64,000 nucleotides of DNA from Eledone cirrhosa (GCA_964016885.1 OZ024741.1:21886001-21950000), one strand, 5' to 3'; positions 1-13,420 are shown, numbered from the stretch's first letter. The notes: a model not told the origin generated them from the sequence alone. Made by a program: numbers and translations.

Positions 1-525
1 TACCGAGACTGCCAATCTACCGACCTTACAAAGCATGGTGTCCGACCCTCTACCGATACTGCCAATCCACCACCCTTACAAAGCATGGTGTCTGACCCTC
101 TACCGAGACTGCCAATCTACCACCCTTACAAAGCATGGTGTCCGACCCTCTACCGATACTGCCAATCTACCACCCTTACAAAGCATGGTGTCCGACCCAC
201 TACCGATACATCCAATCCACCACCCTAGCATGGTGTTCGACCCTCTACCAAGACTGCCAATCCACCACCCTAGCATGGTGTCCCACCCTCTACCAAGACT
301 GACAATCCACCACCCTAGCATGGTGTCCGACCCTCTACCGAGACTGCCAATCCACCACCCTAGCATGGTGTCCCACCCTCTACCGAGACTGCCAATCCAC
401 CACCCTAGCATGGTGTCCGACCCTCTACCTACACTGCCAATCCACCACCCTAGCATGGTGTCCCACCCTCTACCTGTACTATTAATCCACCACCCTAGCA
501 TGGTGTCCCACCCTCTACCGAGACT
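1..525. repeat. Minisatellite (4 x 50-bp then ~7 x 45-bp units) derived from the head of the local tRNA-SINE
   Basis: The tacc(g/a/t) anchor recurs at 1, 51, 101, 151, 201, then 246, 291 ... 516. The unit agcatggtgtccgaccctctaccgatactgccaatccaccaccc matches the SINE ends at ~51213-51257 and ~56203-56248. Confidence 0.9.
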
Positions 526-835
526 GTATGTGTGTATATGTGTGTATATGTGTATATGTGTGTATATATGTGTATATATGTGTATATGTGTATATGTGTA
601 TATGTGTATGTGTGTATAAGTATATAAGTGAGTATATGTGTGTATATATCTACATGTGTATATGGGTATATGTGTGTATATATGTGTATGTGTGTATGTG
701 TGTATAAGTGTACATGTGTGTATATATGTGTATATATTTGTGTATATGTGTGTATATGTGTGTGTATATGTGTGTATATATGTGTGTATATATGTGTATA
801 TATGTGAATATGTGTTTATATGTGTATGTGTGTAT
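526..835. repeat. Compound (TA/TG) microsatellite
   Basis: Direct reading: degenerate tatgtg/tatatg repeats. Confidence 0.95.
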
Positions 836-3800
836 CACTTCTTCCGGTTGCCTTTCGATATGATGGATGGACTAGGGAATTCTGGAGAGTCTGAAAAATC
901 TGGACACTCAGTGACAATGCCAAAGATAAAGACAAATTCACCTCTTGCTGCCGGACGAAAAGGCAAGGACTCCTCTTCGTTTCGGCCGCGGATGGCCAAC
1001 ATAACCACAACCCCAGCCCCCTCACCCCTCCCCGCGCCCCACCGTTCCCACCCACCAAACGCAATCCAAAACTTCAGAGTTGGTAACATTAATGTAGGCA
1101 TCTTAAAAGGTCGCTCTAACGAAGTTGTAGAAATGCTTGAACGTAAGGAGGTCGATGTTTGTTGTATCCAAGAGACCAGGTGGAGGGGTGGGTCTGCTAG
1201 ATTCATTGTGGGTAAAAAACGATGCTATAATCTTTTCTGGGTGGGAAATGACAATGGGCTGGGTGTGGTAGGAATCATGTTAGCAGAAAAATGGGTAGAT
1301 AAGATAATAGACGTAAATAGAGTGAACGAGAGAATAATTAAAATAAGACTTGTCCTAAATAGAACTACTGTGACAGTAATATCTGCGTACGCACCCCAAT
1401 CCGGACTGCCTGGCGTTATAAAAGACAGGTCCTATGAGATATTGATGCTCACTACCTCCCAAATAACCGACAGTGACTACATAATTATTGCTGGCGACCT
1501 AAATGGTCACGTTGGACAACATTGTGATGGCTATGACGGAATCCATGGAGGCTATGGGTTTGGTACTAGAAATGAGGAAGGCTCCAGAATCCTGGAATTC
1601 TGTGACGCAAATAACCTAACTGTCTGTAACACTAACTTCAAAAAACGAGACAATCACTTGATCACCTATAGATCAGGGGAACACGCCAGTCAGATAGATT
1701 ATATCCTTACCAGAAGACGTGATATAGTGTCCTCCATGAAGAATGCACCTCCCAACATAGACTCAAACTCAGCGACCTTGTAGTCAGGACAAAACGTACT
1801 CGACAACAGTGGAGGACTATCCTCAGGAGAAAAATATGGAAGCTAAAGGACCCCACAGCCAGTAATAACTTTAAAAGCATATTACTTGATGCTTTTGACA
1901 GTAAGGAAGAGCAATTAGAGTCGTACAATATAGAGGAACAGTGGGAATTCCTGAAAGCTAACCTGCTGAAGGCGGCATATGATGTCTGTGGCTGGAGCAG
2001 GCCTATAGGCAGGAGGAGAGTAACGTGGTGGTGGAACAGTAAGGTGGAGGAGTCAATTAAGGCCAAAAAGCAGGCTTGGAAAGTATGGCGGGATGGGGGA
2101 AGTAGAGAAGACTATCAAGTGGCCAGGGGGGAAGCTAGGAGACAAGTGTACTTCGCAAGAAGGGAAGCAGAGGAAAGAAAGTTCAAGCATGTTCTACAAC
2201 GCGAGGACCAAAAACTTGAGGTGTTCAGGATTGCTAGGCAATGTATCAAGGAAAACAGTGATATTGTCGGGCAGAAGTGTGTCCTTAATGATGATGGTGT
2301 ACTTGCCATCACTGACGCTGATAAGAAGGTAGCTTGGAAGTGTCACTACGAAAGGCTACTAAATGAGGAGAATAATTGGGAGAAAGACAGTCTCCCCCAC
2401 ATCGATCCAATAGAGGGACCAGAAGTGCTAGTTGAAGGTAGTATAATAATTAAGGCAATCAAAGATATGAAGACGGGTAAGGCGGCTGGGCCTTGGAAAT
2501 AGTTGCTGAAATGCTGAAAGCATCTGGAACGGTGGGACACACTATGGTCACCCGGATAGTAAACCAAGTCATACAGAATAGGGTCGTTCCGAAGGACTGG
2601 CGTAGCAGCATCATCATTAACTGCTACACGGGTGAAGGAGATGCCCTAGATAGGGGTAACTATAGAGGCATTAAATTAATAGATCGGGTCATGAAGGTTA
2701 CAGAAAAAGTAATAGCGCAACTAATCAGAGAGCGAATTGATCTAGATGAAATGCAGTTCGGGTTTGTGTCGCTCTTTTCATTGTACGACAACTACAGGAG
2801 AAGTACCTAGCTAAAAGTACACCCCTATACTTAGCTTTTGTTGACTTGGAGAAAGCCTTTGACAGAGTCCCCTGCTCCATTATCTGGTGGGCTCTTAGAA
2901 AACTAGGTGTTGATGAATGGCTTGTGAGAGCTATACAAGTCATGTATAAAGAAAGAGTCAGCAAGGTTAGAATTAACAACGAATATAGTGAAGAGTTTAG
3001 CGTAAAAGTTGGTGTTCATCAGGGCTCCGTTCTTAGCCCCCTACTATTTATTATTGCCCTTCAGGCTATAACAGAGGAGTTCAAGACCGGCTGCCCATGG
3101 GAACTCCTATATGCAGATGATCTAACGCTCATAGCTGAGTCAATGGCTGAACTAGAGAAGAAATTCCAAACATGGAAGCATGGCCTAGAATCAAAAGGCC
3201 TTAAAGTTAACTTGTCTAAGACTAAAGTTCTAGTTTGTAGGAAGGAAAATAGGGCACCGGTCCCATCTGGGAAATGGCCATGCTCAGTGTGTAGGAAAGG
3301 AGTAGGCAGAAACTCCATTTTATGTCCCAAATGCAAAGTATGGGTGCATAAAAGATGTAGTGGGATCACAGGTAAGCTAACTAAGAATATAGATTTTATA
3401 TGTGGCCGGTGCTCTGGTGCAATAAGTAGCAGCAAGTGCTCACAGAATACTAGCTCATTCCATTGCACAGATGGTTCTATAGAAATAGTGGACACCTTCC
3501 GTTACCTGAGTGACAAAATCAGCAGTGGGGGAGGGTGCTCTGAAAGTACAGTAGCTAGAGTCAGAACGGGATGGAAAAAGTTCAGAGAGCTTATACCACT
3601 ATTGGCCGCTAAAGGGTTCTCTCTAAAAATGAAAGGCAGGCTGTATGATGCCTGCATACGAACAGCAATGTTGCATGGCAGTGAGGCCTGGGCATTGTGT
3701 GCAGAGGACATACGCAGATTGGAGAGGAACGAAGCTTGCATGCTCCGCTGGATGTGTAATAGTAATATACGTGAACGGCAAAGCATAAACGAACTAAGGG

Positions 3801-4456
3801 AGAAATTAGGAATAAGAGGATCAGATGTTGTTTACTCGAGAGAAGACTACGTTGGTACGGTCACGTGATGCGCATGAAAGACGACAGCTGTATAAAAAAG
3901 TGCAGGGCGATAAAAATAGACGGTAGCCACGGAGTAGGCAGACCCAGAAAAACCTGGGATGACTTGATAAATTCCGACCTCACACACTTACACCTCTCTA
4001 AGACAATATCACTGGACCGAGATCTTTGGCGCTACACAGTAATACAGAAGACCCGCCTTGCCTAAGTACAAAGCGAAACCTACAGTCAGTAGGCACCTCT
4101 AACAAAAATACACCCCGGCCCCACTACCCCACCCCATCCACTCCACCTCTTCCAATGTAAAGTTATGTTGGTACCACAACATCCAGTCCGAAACAAATGA
4201 GGTCGTGTAGGTGTCACGAAAAAAAAAAAAAACACACAATCCCCGCTGTAATGTGGCCGTGTAGGTAACACGGTAAAAACCTCCCAGTCCACACTGTAAA
4301 CGTGGTTGGTGCTAGGAAGGGCATCCAGCTGTAGAAAACCCGCCAGACAGTCCTGAGCAAGACAACCAATCTTGCCTCAAGTGGGAAAATTCCCGTCCAA
4401 ACCCATGTTAGCGTGGAAGATGGACGTTTAAACGATGATGATGATGATGATGATGA
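836..4456 (+). mobile_element. RTE-clade LINE, near full length, degenerate
   Basis: APE endonuclease motifs (GNINVG, CCIQETRW, SAYAPQ, AGDLNGHVG, QIDYIL), RT motifs (KAFDRV, GVHQGSVLSPLLF, LLYADD), RTE-type C-terminus (GRPRKTW) and a (GAT)n tail at ~4434-4456. Flanked on both sides by TATGTG microsatellite. Confidence 0.92.
860..4065 (+). pseudogene. RTE ORF (APE-RT with inserted PHD-like Cys finger), broken by frameshifts/deletions
   Basis: Consecutive ORF pieces 638-1783, 2044-2502, 2493-2810, 2846-3868 and 3865-4065 are colinear parts of one EN-RT protein. Confidence 0.88.
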
Positions 4457-5082
4457 TAAGTGTATATAAGTGTATATGTGTGTATATGTGTATATGTATA
4501 TGTGTGTATATAAGTGTATATATGTGTATATGTGTATATATGTCTGTATATATGTGTATATGTGTATATGTGTGTATATGTGTATAGATGTGTATATGTG
4601 TGTATATGTGTGTATATATGTGTATATGTGTATATGTGTGTATATAAGTGTATATGTGTGTATATGTGTATATATGTGTGTATATATGTGTATATGTGTG
4701 TATATGTGTATATATGTGTATATGTTTGTATATATGTGTATATATGTGTGTATATATGTGTTTATGTGTATATGTGTGTATATGTGTATATATATATGTA
4801 TATATATGTGTATATATGTGTATATGTGTGTATATGTGTGTATGTGTGTATATGTGTGTATATATGTGTATATATGTGTATACATGTGTGTATATATGTG
4901 TTTATGTGTATATGTGTGTATATGTGGCCTCAGCCGGATGGCTGAAACAGGTAAAAGAGTAAAAGAGTCTATATGTGTATATAAGTCTATATGTGTGTAT
5001 ATGTGTATATATATGTGTATATATGTGTATATGTGTGTATATGTGTGTATATATGTGTGTATATGTGTATATGTGTGTATAT
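4457..5082. repeat. Compound (TA/TG) microsatellite with a short embedded SINE-tail-like fragment (~4925-4968)
   Basis: Direct reading. Confidence 0.9.
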
Positions 5083-5374
5083 GACGAATTGTCAGATTCG
5101 TTAGAACGTCAGAGAGAATGTTTTGTGGCTCCCTACTTTCTCTGTTCAAATCCACGTGGAACAATCAGAGAAATTATGAGAGTAAACAGAGTAGAAAGTA
5201 ATATTGAGAGAGATTTGACTGCTATTTCTAGCAAGAGGAACAATCCTCTGAAGGCAGAGTAATGTATGAGAGTTGTTTAGAGAAACTAGCCGAACTGTTT
5301 CTGGCTTGGTTTCTATGGCTGGATGCCCTTCCTAATGCCAACCACACAGTCAGGAATCACATTTACAGTGGTTT

Positions 5375-5598
5375 GGCTAAATGTCAGTGAAATTCATCCC
5401 CAATGTGCCAGTGAAGCAGCAGAAGCAACTCCGCTTTGAAATTGCTTGGGACATGTTGCACTGTGCAAACGACGACCCATACTTTATTAAGACCATCACC
5501 AAGGGTGATGAGACATGGTTTGTGGTTATGACTCAGAAAACAAGTTCCAGTCCGCCCAATGGAAGCATTTGTCTTGACCAAGGCCCCCAAAAGCACGA
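5375..5598 (+). pseudogene. mariner/Tc1 transposase fragment
   Basis: SVKFIP...QQKQLRFEIAWDML...DDPYFIKTITKGDETW matches the mariner linker and first catalytic (T)GDETW motif. Confidence 0.75.
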
Positions 5599-5702
5599 TC
5601 AAGACAGATGCTTCCATTGGGCGGACTGGAACTTGTTTTCTGAGTCATAACCACAAACCATGTCTCATCACCCTTGGTGATGGTCTTAATAAAGTATGGG
5701 TC
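5474..5702. repeat. 104-bp inverted repeat (21-nt loop) inside 43-bp direct repeats
   Basis: Arms 5474-5577 and 5599-5702 are reverse complements with one mismatch. The direct repeat ctaatgccaacc...cagtggttt is at 5332-5374 and 5705-5747. Confidence 0.93.
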
Positions 5703-5944
5703 CTCTAATGCCAACCACACAGTCAGGAATCACATTTACAGTGGTTTACCTAAAAACCTTTCATCATAATTAATTACTTATATAACAAATTCTCTCTAAA
5801 ATATGTTAATTATTTTCAAAAGCATAATATCGTTCATTAGGAATATTTTAACAAAAATGTTAAATTTTAGCATTCGTATCAACCTCACCCTTTACAGCTA
5901 TATCCCATACTTGCATGGGTCAGGCAGGTTGTCACATTCTAGGA

Positions 5945-6082
5945 CAGAGGTTCTGAAACTTTTTGGACCACCGCCCCTCCTCATGGCCACGTTATATACC
6001 CCCAACCATATTTCCAGAGAGACCAACCTACATGCAAATTGTAAATCATATATAATAAATAAAATTGTTAGTTTATATATAA
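5945..6082. mobile_element. Possible hAT/Charlie-like non-autonomous element end
   Basis: cagaggttctgaaacttttt resembles Charlie-type TIRs; the partner TIR was not found. Confidence 0.35.
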
Positions 6083-6424
6083 TCTATATTACTAAAACAG
6101 AGAATGTCTGTTTCTCTGTCTGTACAATCACTAAAACTCGAGAACCACCCAACCGATTGTTTTCAAACTTTACACATGTAATACTTATGGTCCTATTGAG
6201 TGTTCTGAGCAAAACAAATTTCAAATTGTCAATGCCCTGGGGACCGCATTAGACGATTTAGCGATCTCTTTCTCTCTCTCTTAGTCTTTCTCTCTTTAGA
6301 TAGATACATAGATATTACGTTGCGCCCTTATAATATCTGTCTGCATGTCTAGCTGTCTGCATTACGTCATTATGACGCGGTGTGTGTGTGTGTGTGAGAG
6401 TGTGTGTGTGTGTGAGAGAGAGAG

Positions 6425-6482
<58 letters not shown>

Positions 6483-6863
6483 GTGTGTAACGTTTTTCGA
6501 AATATTTACTTCTGCATTCACAGATTTATTTTAGTTTCAGAAGATCCCGTTAAGGGTGAAAGCAGCGATTCTTTGCTTAAACTTTAATCTGTTATTTTAA
6601 TATATATATATATATATATATATAATTATATATTCGTGTACAGATATTTTTGCATACATATATAAACAAAAGTATTTATTTCGCGATAAAGTATTGATTT
6701 TCTTCGAACGGAAAAAAAACGCTGGTAATGTACGACGAACTTTTTTATAAGCACAAAATATAAACAAACGTATTTACTTCTCGAGGCTCGAGAAGGATAA
6801 ATATATTTCAAATATATAAGAACCCTAGAGCAAATCCCGAGCAACGCCGGGTCATTCTGCTAG
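6083..6863 (+). mobile_element. Non-autonomous Helitron
   Basis: 5' A|TCTATATTACTAAAA; 3' hairpin cccgagcaacgccggg followed 8 nt later by CTAG|T; inserted between A and T with no TSD. Confidence 0.8.
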
Positions 6864-7285
6864 TTATATATAAACTGCATTAGGAGAAAATTAGTGACGG
6901 AAATATATGAATGTTTATTTAAGCGATCGATAACCGGAAGTGTTGACATTTGAAAATTCTAAAGAAGTGAATCTTAAAATAACCAACAAAATTATTTATA
7001 TTTAATTAAGAATAACGAAATTTAGTAGATAAATTATGTAATATTCATTCATTATTTATTCAAAGTAATCCAACTTATTTTACAAACGGGATAAAAAATA
7101 TATATTCTGGACGCAGTCCCGCGCTCCTTTCTTTATTATAGTTAAGATTATCAGAGTAGACAGATTAGGAAGTGATATTGAGAGAGATTTGACTGCTATT
7201 TCTAGCAACTGGAAGAATTATCAGAGTAGACAGATAAGTCATTGGTGTGTACCTGATTCAGGTATCACGAAAGTAGGTTGGTCTT

Positions 7286-7616
7286 CACATACACATACAC
7301 ATACATACACACATACATACACATACACACACATACACACATACATACACACACAACAGACACACGTATATACCCCCCCCCCCCCCCACACACACACACA
7401 ACACACTACCCAACCCCCACAACACACTACCCAACCCCCACAACACACTACCACCCCACCCCAACATATGAAACAGAAGACAAAGCTGCTGTACTGTCTT
7501 CATTGCTTACACACACACACATATATATATATAGATACACACATATAAATGCACACACACACACATATATATATATGCACGCACACACCTATATATACAC
7601 ACACATATACACACAC

Positions 7617-7649
<33 letters not shown>

Positions 7650-8045
7650 CAAACACACACACACACACACACACACACAGATATATATATATATACACAT
7701 GCACACATATATATACATACACACATATGTATATATTTATATATGTTTCTTTCTTTTTCTACACCTGTATTATCTCACACCATCCATTTCACACTCTCCC
7801 TTTCTCACATATTCTACTAATTTTTAGCATTCTTTTCTGTTTCCCCTACAGCCATACTTTATATATATATATATATGTGTGTGTGTGTATATATATATAT
7901 ATCTATATATCTATATATCTATATATCTATATCTATATATAGATATATATATATACACACACACACACATATATATATATATACACATATGTATATATAC
8001 ATATACAGTATATATATACATATATAAATAAATATATATATATAT
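7286..8045. repeat. Mixed (CA)n/(TA)n microsatellite region
   Basis: Direct reading. Confidence 0.85.
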
Positions 8046-8258
8046 ATTGAGCACCTCCGGGATATTCGTCTCGGGGGTAGTTCCCCCATCGCCCGCCACT
8101 TTGGTGGCCCTGGACATTCCGCACGCCATCTCACAGTCTGTGGCCTACTCCAGTGCCACGGAACACCCGCCAATCGCCTTAGAGTCGAACAAAGAACTAT
8201 CTTCATCTTACAGACCCACACTCCCCCCGGCCTGAACTCCCCACCCTTATTCCTTTAG
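8046..8258 (+). pseudogene. Penelope-like GIY-YIG endonuclease C-terminal fragment
   Basis: Frame not in the ORF track: IEHLRDIRLGGSSPIARHFGGPGHSARHLTVCGLLQCHGTPANRLRVEQRTIFILQTHTPPGLNSPPLFL*. EH...PIARHF...H and EQ..I..L.T..P.GLN are PLE GIY-YIG hallmarks. Confidence 0.82.
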
Positions 8259-9770
8259 CGTTCGACCGGCCCCCCCCACACACACACTTATCCCCCACTA
8301 ACACCACTAACACACCCCTCCTTTTTACCGCCCACCCCACAACTAACAATACTAACACCTCCACTCCACCCCTCATCTGACCACCCTTCCCCAACTAACA
8401 TACTAACATCCCTCCCTTCTTCTCCTCCTCCCCCCTCCTTATCCCACGCACACACCCACCGGCACATATATACACGCGCTCACACTAAACACACACCCTA
8501 CTACCACCACTAACCCTCAACCCCACATCTCTCACCCCCACACCTCCATCCCACCACCCCGCAACTAACCTCACTAACACCCGCTGACCCCAAGCACACG
8601 AACACACGCACCCACTTACACCACCCACCCCACACGCAACTAACATCACTAACACCCCCCCAACCCCACGCACACGTACCCACACACCCTCGTACACCAC
8701 CAACTCTACACACCCTACCACCACTAACCCCCACCCACACCTGCATTCAACCCCTCCCCACCTCCCGTATACTAACACCCACTAACACCCCTTCATCAAA
8801 CTACACACACACCAGTACACCACACTCCCTCCATAGAACTACACACACCCTTCTCTCCCCGCTCCACCCACACCCTCGTTCCACACTCACTCATCCCACT
8901 AACACCTCTACTAATACACACACACACACCCTCCTCACTCCAGCTTTCACACCTACCCATCCTCGCCCCTTTACCATTCCATCGACTGCTGCTATGCCCT
9001 CTGAGCACCTCCCAGCACAAACAGACACACAGCACTCCCACTGCTTGACCACTTCCTGTTGCGCGTGCACCCCACATCTCTCCTCTTCCGACCATCGCTT
9101 CATGGAATACTCGTACGGAGAACTTGACCAGCACAGAATCCACTAAACATCATCGGATTTTACCAACTTTTCAACCATCCTCTTACGTAATCACCTATAT
9201 AACTCACCCACACACACACACCCCCAAATTTTTTTTTTCTCCACACGCCACCTACACCCACAACACGCTTAAACCCCACACATACGTGCTTTCCACCACA
9301 TATTTACACCCTCAGCCTCCTGATTCCTCTCCCCCCACCCCTCTATCCACACACGCACAGACACTCCGACCTACAACCCCCCATACACACACACCTCTTC
9401 CTGAACATGCAACCCCGTTCTTCCCCCAACCCTTACTTTCACATACACACACACACACACACACGTACACCTACACACACACACCACCTTCAGCCCTCCC
9501 CGCTCGGACACCCCGTCTCCCTCTCCCCACTCCACCCGCCACCACCCCTACACACCCCACACCCTTCCACCACCTGTTTTACCCCCCTTTTAATTTCAGT
9601 TTATTTTGATCATGCTTTTATATTTAAATTTATTTCATTCCTTGTATTTTGATCATGCTTTATTTTTATTTTTATTTTTATTTTTAATTTCATTCGCACC
9701 GTTTCCTTTCGCTATATGTCTCTCCACCACTCCCCTACACACCCTTTGAACTCTGTTCCCACACACTTCT

Positions 9771-9804
9771 CACCTGATGAAGGGCTTATGCCCGAAACGT
9801 CGTT
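9771..9804 (+). ncRNA. Minimal type I hammerhead ribozyme motif (helix I weak)
   Basis: CTGATGA-a-GGGC-ttat-GCCC-GAAA-CG-TC; palindromic ACGT helix III; only 2 bp of helix I. Confidence 0.65.
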
Positions 9805-9891
9805 CCCCACCAACACCCCACTCTCCAGAGCGTGAAATTAATAAACATTCGTTGTACTGCCTCTCTGTTTTGTTCCTGTTCAAATTTTTCC

Positions 9892-9933
<42 letters not shown>

Positions 9934-9962
9934 CACACACACACATATATATATATATTTTT

Positions 9963-10360
9963 TTTTAGTCCAGAATTAACCGTCGAAACGGCTTGAGCTC
10001 AGCCGTCGGGGTCTTACTGGTTCCTATTACCCACTCTACTACCCTAAGTATTGAGTACTTTGGTGCGTTATGGTCCACCTGGTTCCTTACCACATTTCCT
10101 TCGTTATATATATATATAACAAAGGAATTGTGATAAGGAATCAGATGGACCATAACGCACCAGAGTACTCAATACTTACGGTAGTAGACTGGGAAATAGG
10201 AAAAAGTATGATCCCGACAGCAGAGCTCAAGCCGTTTCGATGGCTATTTCTGGACTAAATTAGAATTTTTAGCCTGGATTTCACCAGGCTAAAAATTCTA
10301 ATTTAGTCTAGAAATAGCCATCGAAACGGCTTGAGCTCTGCCGTCGGGGTCATACTTTTT

Positions 10361-10423
<63 letters not shown>

Positions 10424-10620
10424 CGAAGGAAATGTGGTAAGGAACCAGGTGGACCATAACGCACCAAAGTACTCAATACTTAGGGTAGTAGAGTGGGTAA
10501 TAGGAACCAGTAAGACCCCGACGGCTGAGCTCAAGCCGTTTCGACGGCTAATTCTGGACTAAAATGTCCAGAATTAGCCGTCGAAACGGCTTGAGCTCAG
10601 CCGTCGGGGTCTTACTGGTT

Positions 10621-10624
<4 letters not shown>
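9963..10624. mobile_element. Three copies of a (TA)n-flanked ~140-bp element, two with foldback arms; carries the 3' half of a hammerhead (probable PLE pLTR remnants)
   Basis: Copy 9963-10106 (+); copy 10117-10364 with 81-bp arms around atttca; copy 10421-10624 with 59-bp arms around taaaat. Motif GAAA-CGGCT-tgagctc-AGCCG-TC-gggg. Confidence 0.75.
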
Positions 10625-10698
<74 letters not shown>

Positions 10699-10705
10699 TA
10701 TATAT

Positions 10706-11691
<986 letters not shown>

Positions 11692-11692
11692 G

Positions 11693-11723
<31 letters not shown>

Positions 11724-11724
<1 letters not shown>

Positions 11725-12502
11725 AAGATTTACATATATATATATAAAGTCATAGATATATATGTGTTTTGCAACCGGTCACGTTGTGGCTCAATGAGAA
11801 ATTAATAAATTAAATAAAATAATCAGAGCTATATATCATAAAATATGTCTTTAGAATCACTAGATATAATATATACCATTTCCTCTCCCAATTAGTATAA
11901 TTAACCATATAAAAAATCAATTAGACCAAGCTATAAGAATAAAGGCTCCTATGAAGAAATCTTCGACAAATAACCGAAAGCAGCCTCTTCGCGGTGGCTA
12001 CAATAGATTATTTATCTAACATTTCGACATCATGTAAATCGACCAGATATACAGTCAACTAAACACAATTAGGTGTAAAATTGAACTTAGAAGAATTGCG
12101 TACATACCAAATTACCTCTACCATGGTTTCATCCGTATTTTAAGACATCCGATAACAAGGTATGTCCAGAGCTTCGGAATCATCAGGAGCGAGCTCAAAA
12201 TAAGACATTTAATTTTCCAAAGTGATCGCGCCAAAAATACATTAAAAAATGGCTAAGAATCGTCACGTGGCAGCGGTCAAGTTAGAAAGGATGTGATTAG
12301 TTGCTTACGGCGGATAGTCTTATTGCTAGAAAGCGCAGCCTAATATCGCCGAATTGTATCTCAAGCTAACGGGAGATTATTACATATAAAGATTTACATA
12401 TATATATATATATAAAGTCATAGATATATATGTGTTTTGCAACCGGTCACATTGTGGCTCAATGAGAAATTAATAAATTAAATAAAATAAACAGAGCTAT
12501 AT
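11724..12502 (-). mobile_element. ~664-bp non-coding unit with ~110-bp terminal direct repeat and internal hammerhead (retrozyme/PLE-pLTR-like)
   Basis: aaagatttaca...cagagctatat at ~11724-11834 and ~12388-12502; hammerhead on the minus strand. Confidence 0.65.
12116..12189 (-). ncRNA. Minimal type I hammerhead ribozyme
   Basis: Minus strand: ctc-CTGATGA-ttccg...cggat-GAAA-CCATGG-TA-gag. Helix I ctc/gag, helix II tccg/cgga, palindromic ACCATGGT helix III. Confidence 0.8.
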
Positions 12503-13420
12503 AGAGGCACTGCACCTCAGTAAATTTACTGAAAGGTGGGTGAATGAAGCGAAAATGGCCCGAGTGATTGGGCCTTCTCTGTTTATAAGCCTGTAGGTTG
12601 AGGAAGAGAGCAAAAGGAAGAAAGGAGCACTTGCACAACACGCTCCTTGAGTTGAGGGTTGTTCTATCGATGGGGTATTAAACAACCCATTTGTGGTGCC
12701 CCCCCCCCCCCCCCTATTGGGGATTTCGATTGTTGTAATTGTTTGTTTTTATATTTTTTACACAACTGTATGTAAAATCCCCGGCATGTCTTTGTATTGT
12801 CCCCTTTTCTTGTGCGCCCTTGTGGCTAATAAAGAAATATATCTATCTATCTATCTATCAGTTAAAAGGACTGAGGGCAAACACCTTTCTCTCCGGACAA
12901 CAACTCATCCCCTTCTTTAAGTACCACTTCAGAGGGAAGGTGAGAGTGGAGAGAGAGGTGCTACACCCCAATAAATTCGCTGAAAGGTGGGTGAATGTGG
13001 CAAAAATGGCCCGAGTGAATGGGCCTTCCCTGTATATAAACCTGTAGGTTGAGGAAGATAAACAGAGGGAAGACAGGAACACCTACAAAACGTGTTCCTG
13101 GTGTTGAGGGTTGTTCTATCCACGGGGTGTAAAACAACCCTGCAGTAACGTTCCCTCCTAATGGGAATTTCAATTGTTAAAGTTATTTTTATGTAAAACC
13201 CCCGCCGTCACGTCTTGTAATGTCCCATTTTTGTACGCCCCTGTGGCAAATAAAGAAAGATATCTATCTATCTATCTGCCTCTCCTTATTGAGGACGCCT
13301 TGTTATGTAAACTCCCCCCATTGTACTTGTCCCACTTTTTGATGCCCTGGTGGCAAATAAAAAGAAAATTATCTATCTACCCACCTACCTACCTATCTAT
13401 CTATCTACCCACCTACCTAC

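Larger units (their letters stand above)
8046..9893 (+). mobile_element. 5'-truncated Penelope-like element (GIY-YIG C-terminus, long C/A-rich 3' region, hammerhead, AATAAA), flanked by (TA)n
   Basis: Manual translation of 8046-8258, hammerhead core at 9774-9801 and aataaa at ~9840. Confidence 0.8.

Noticed and set aside
4214-5164. Y/I/H/T- and C/V/M-rich ORFs here and at 35-838, 7.2-8.2, 11.5, 33.3-34.9, 49.7-50.3 and 53.7-54.4 kb
   Set aside because: These are translations of mini- and microsatellites.
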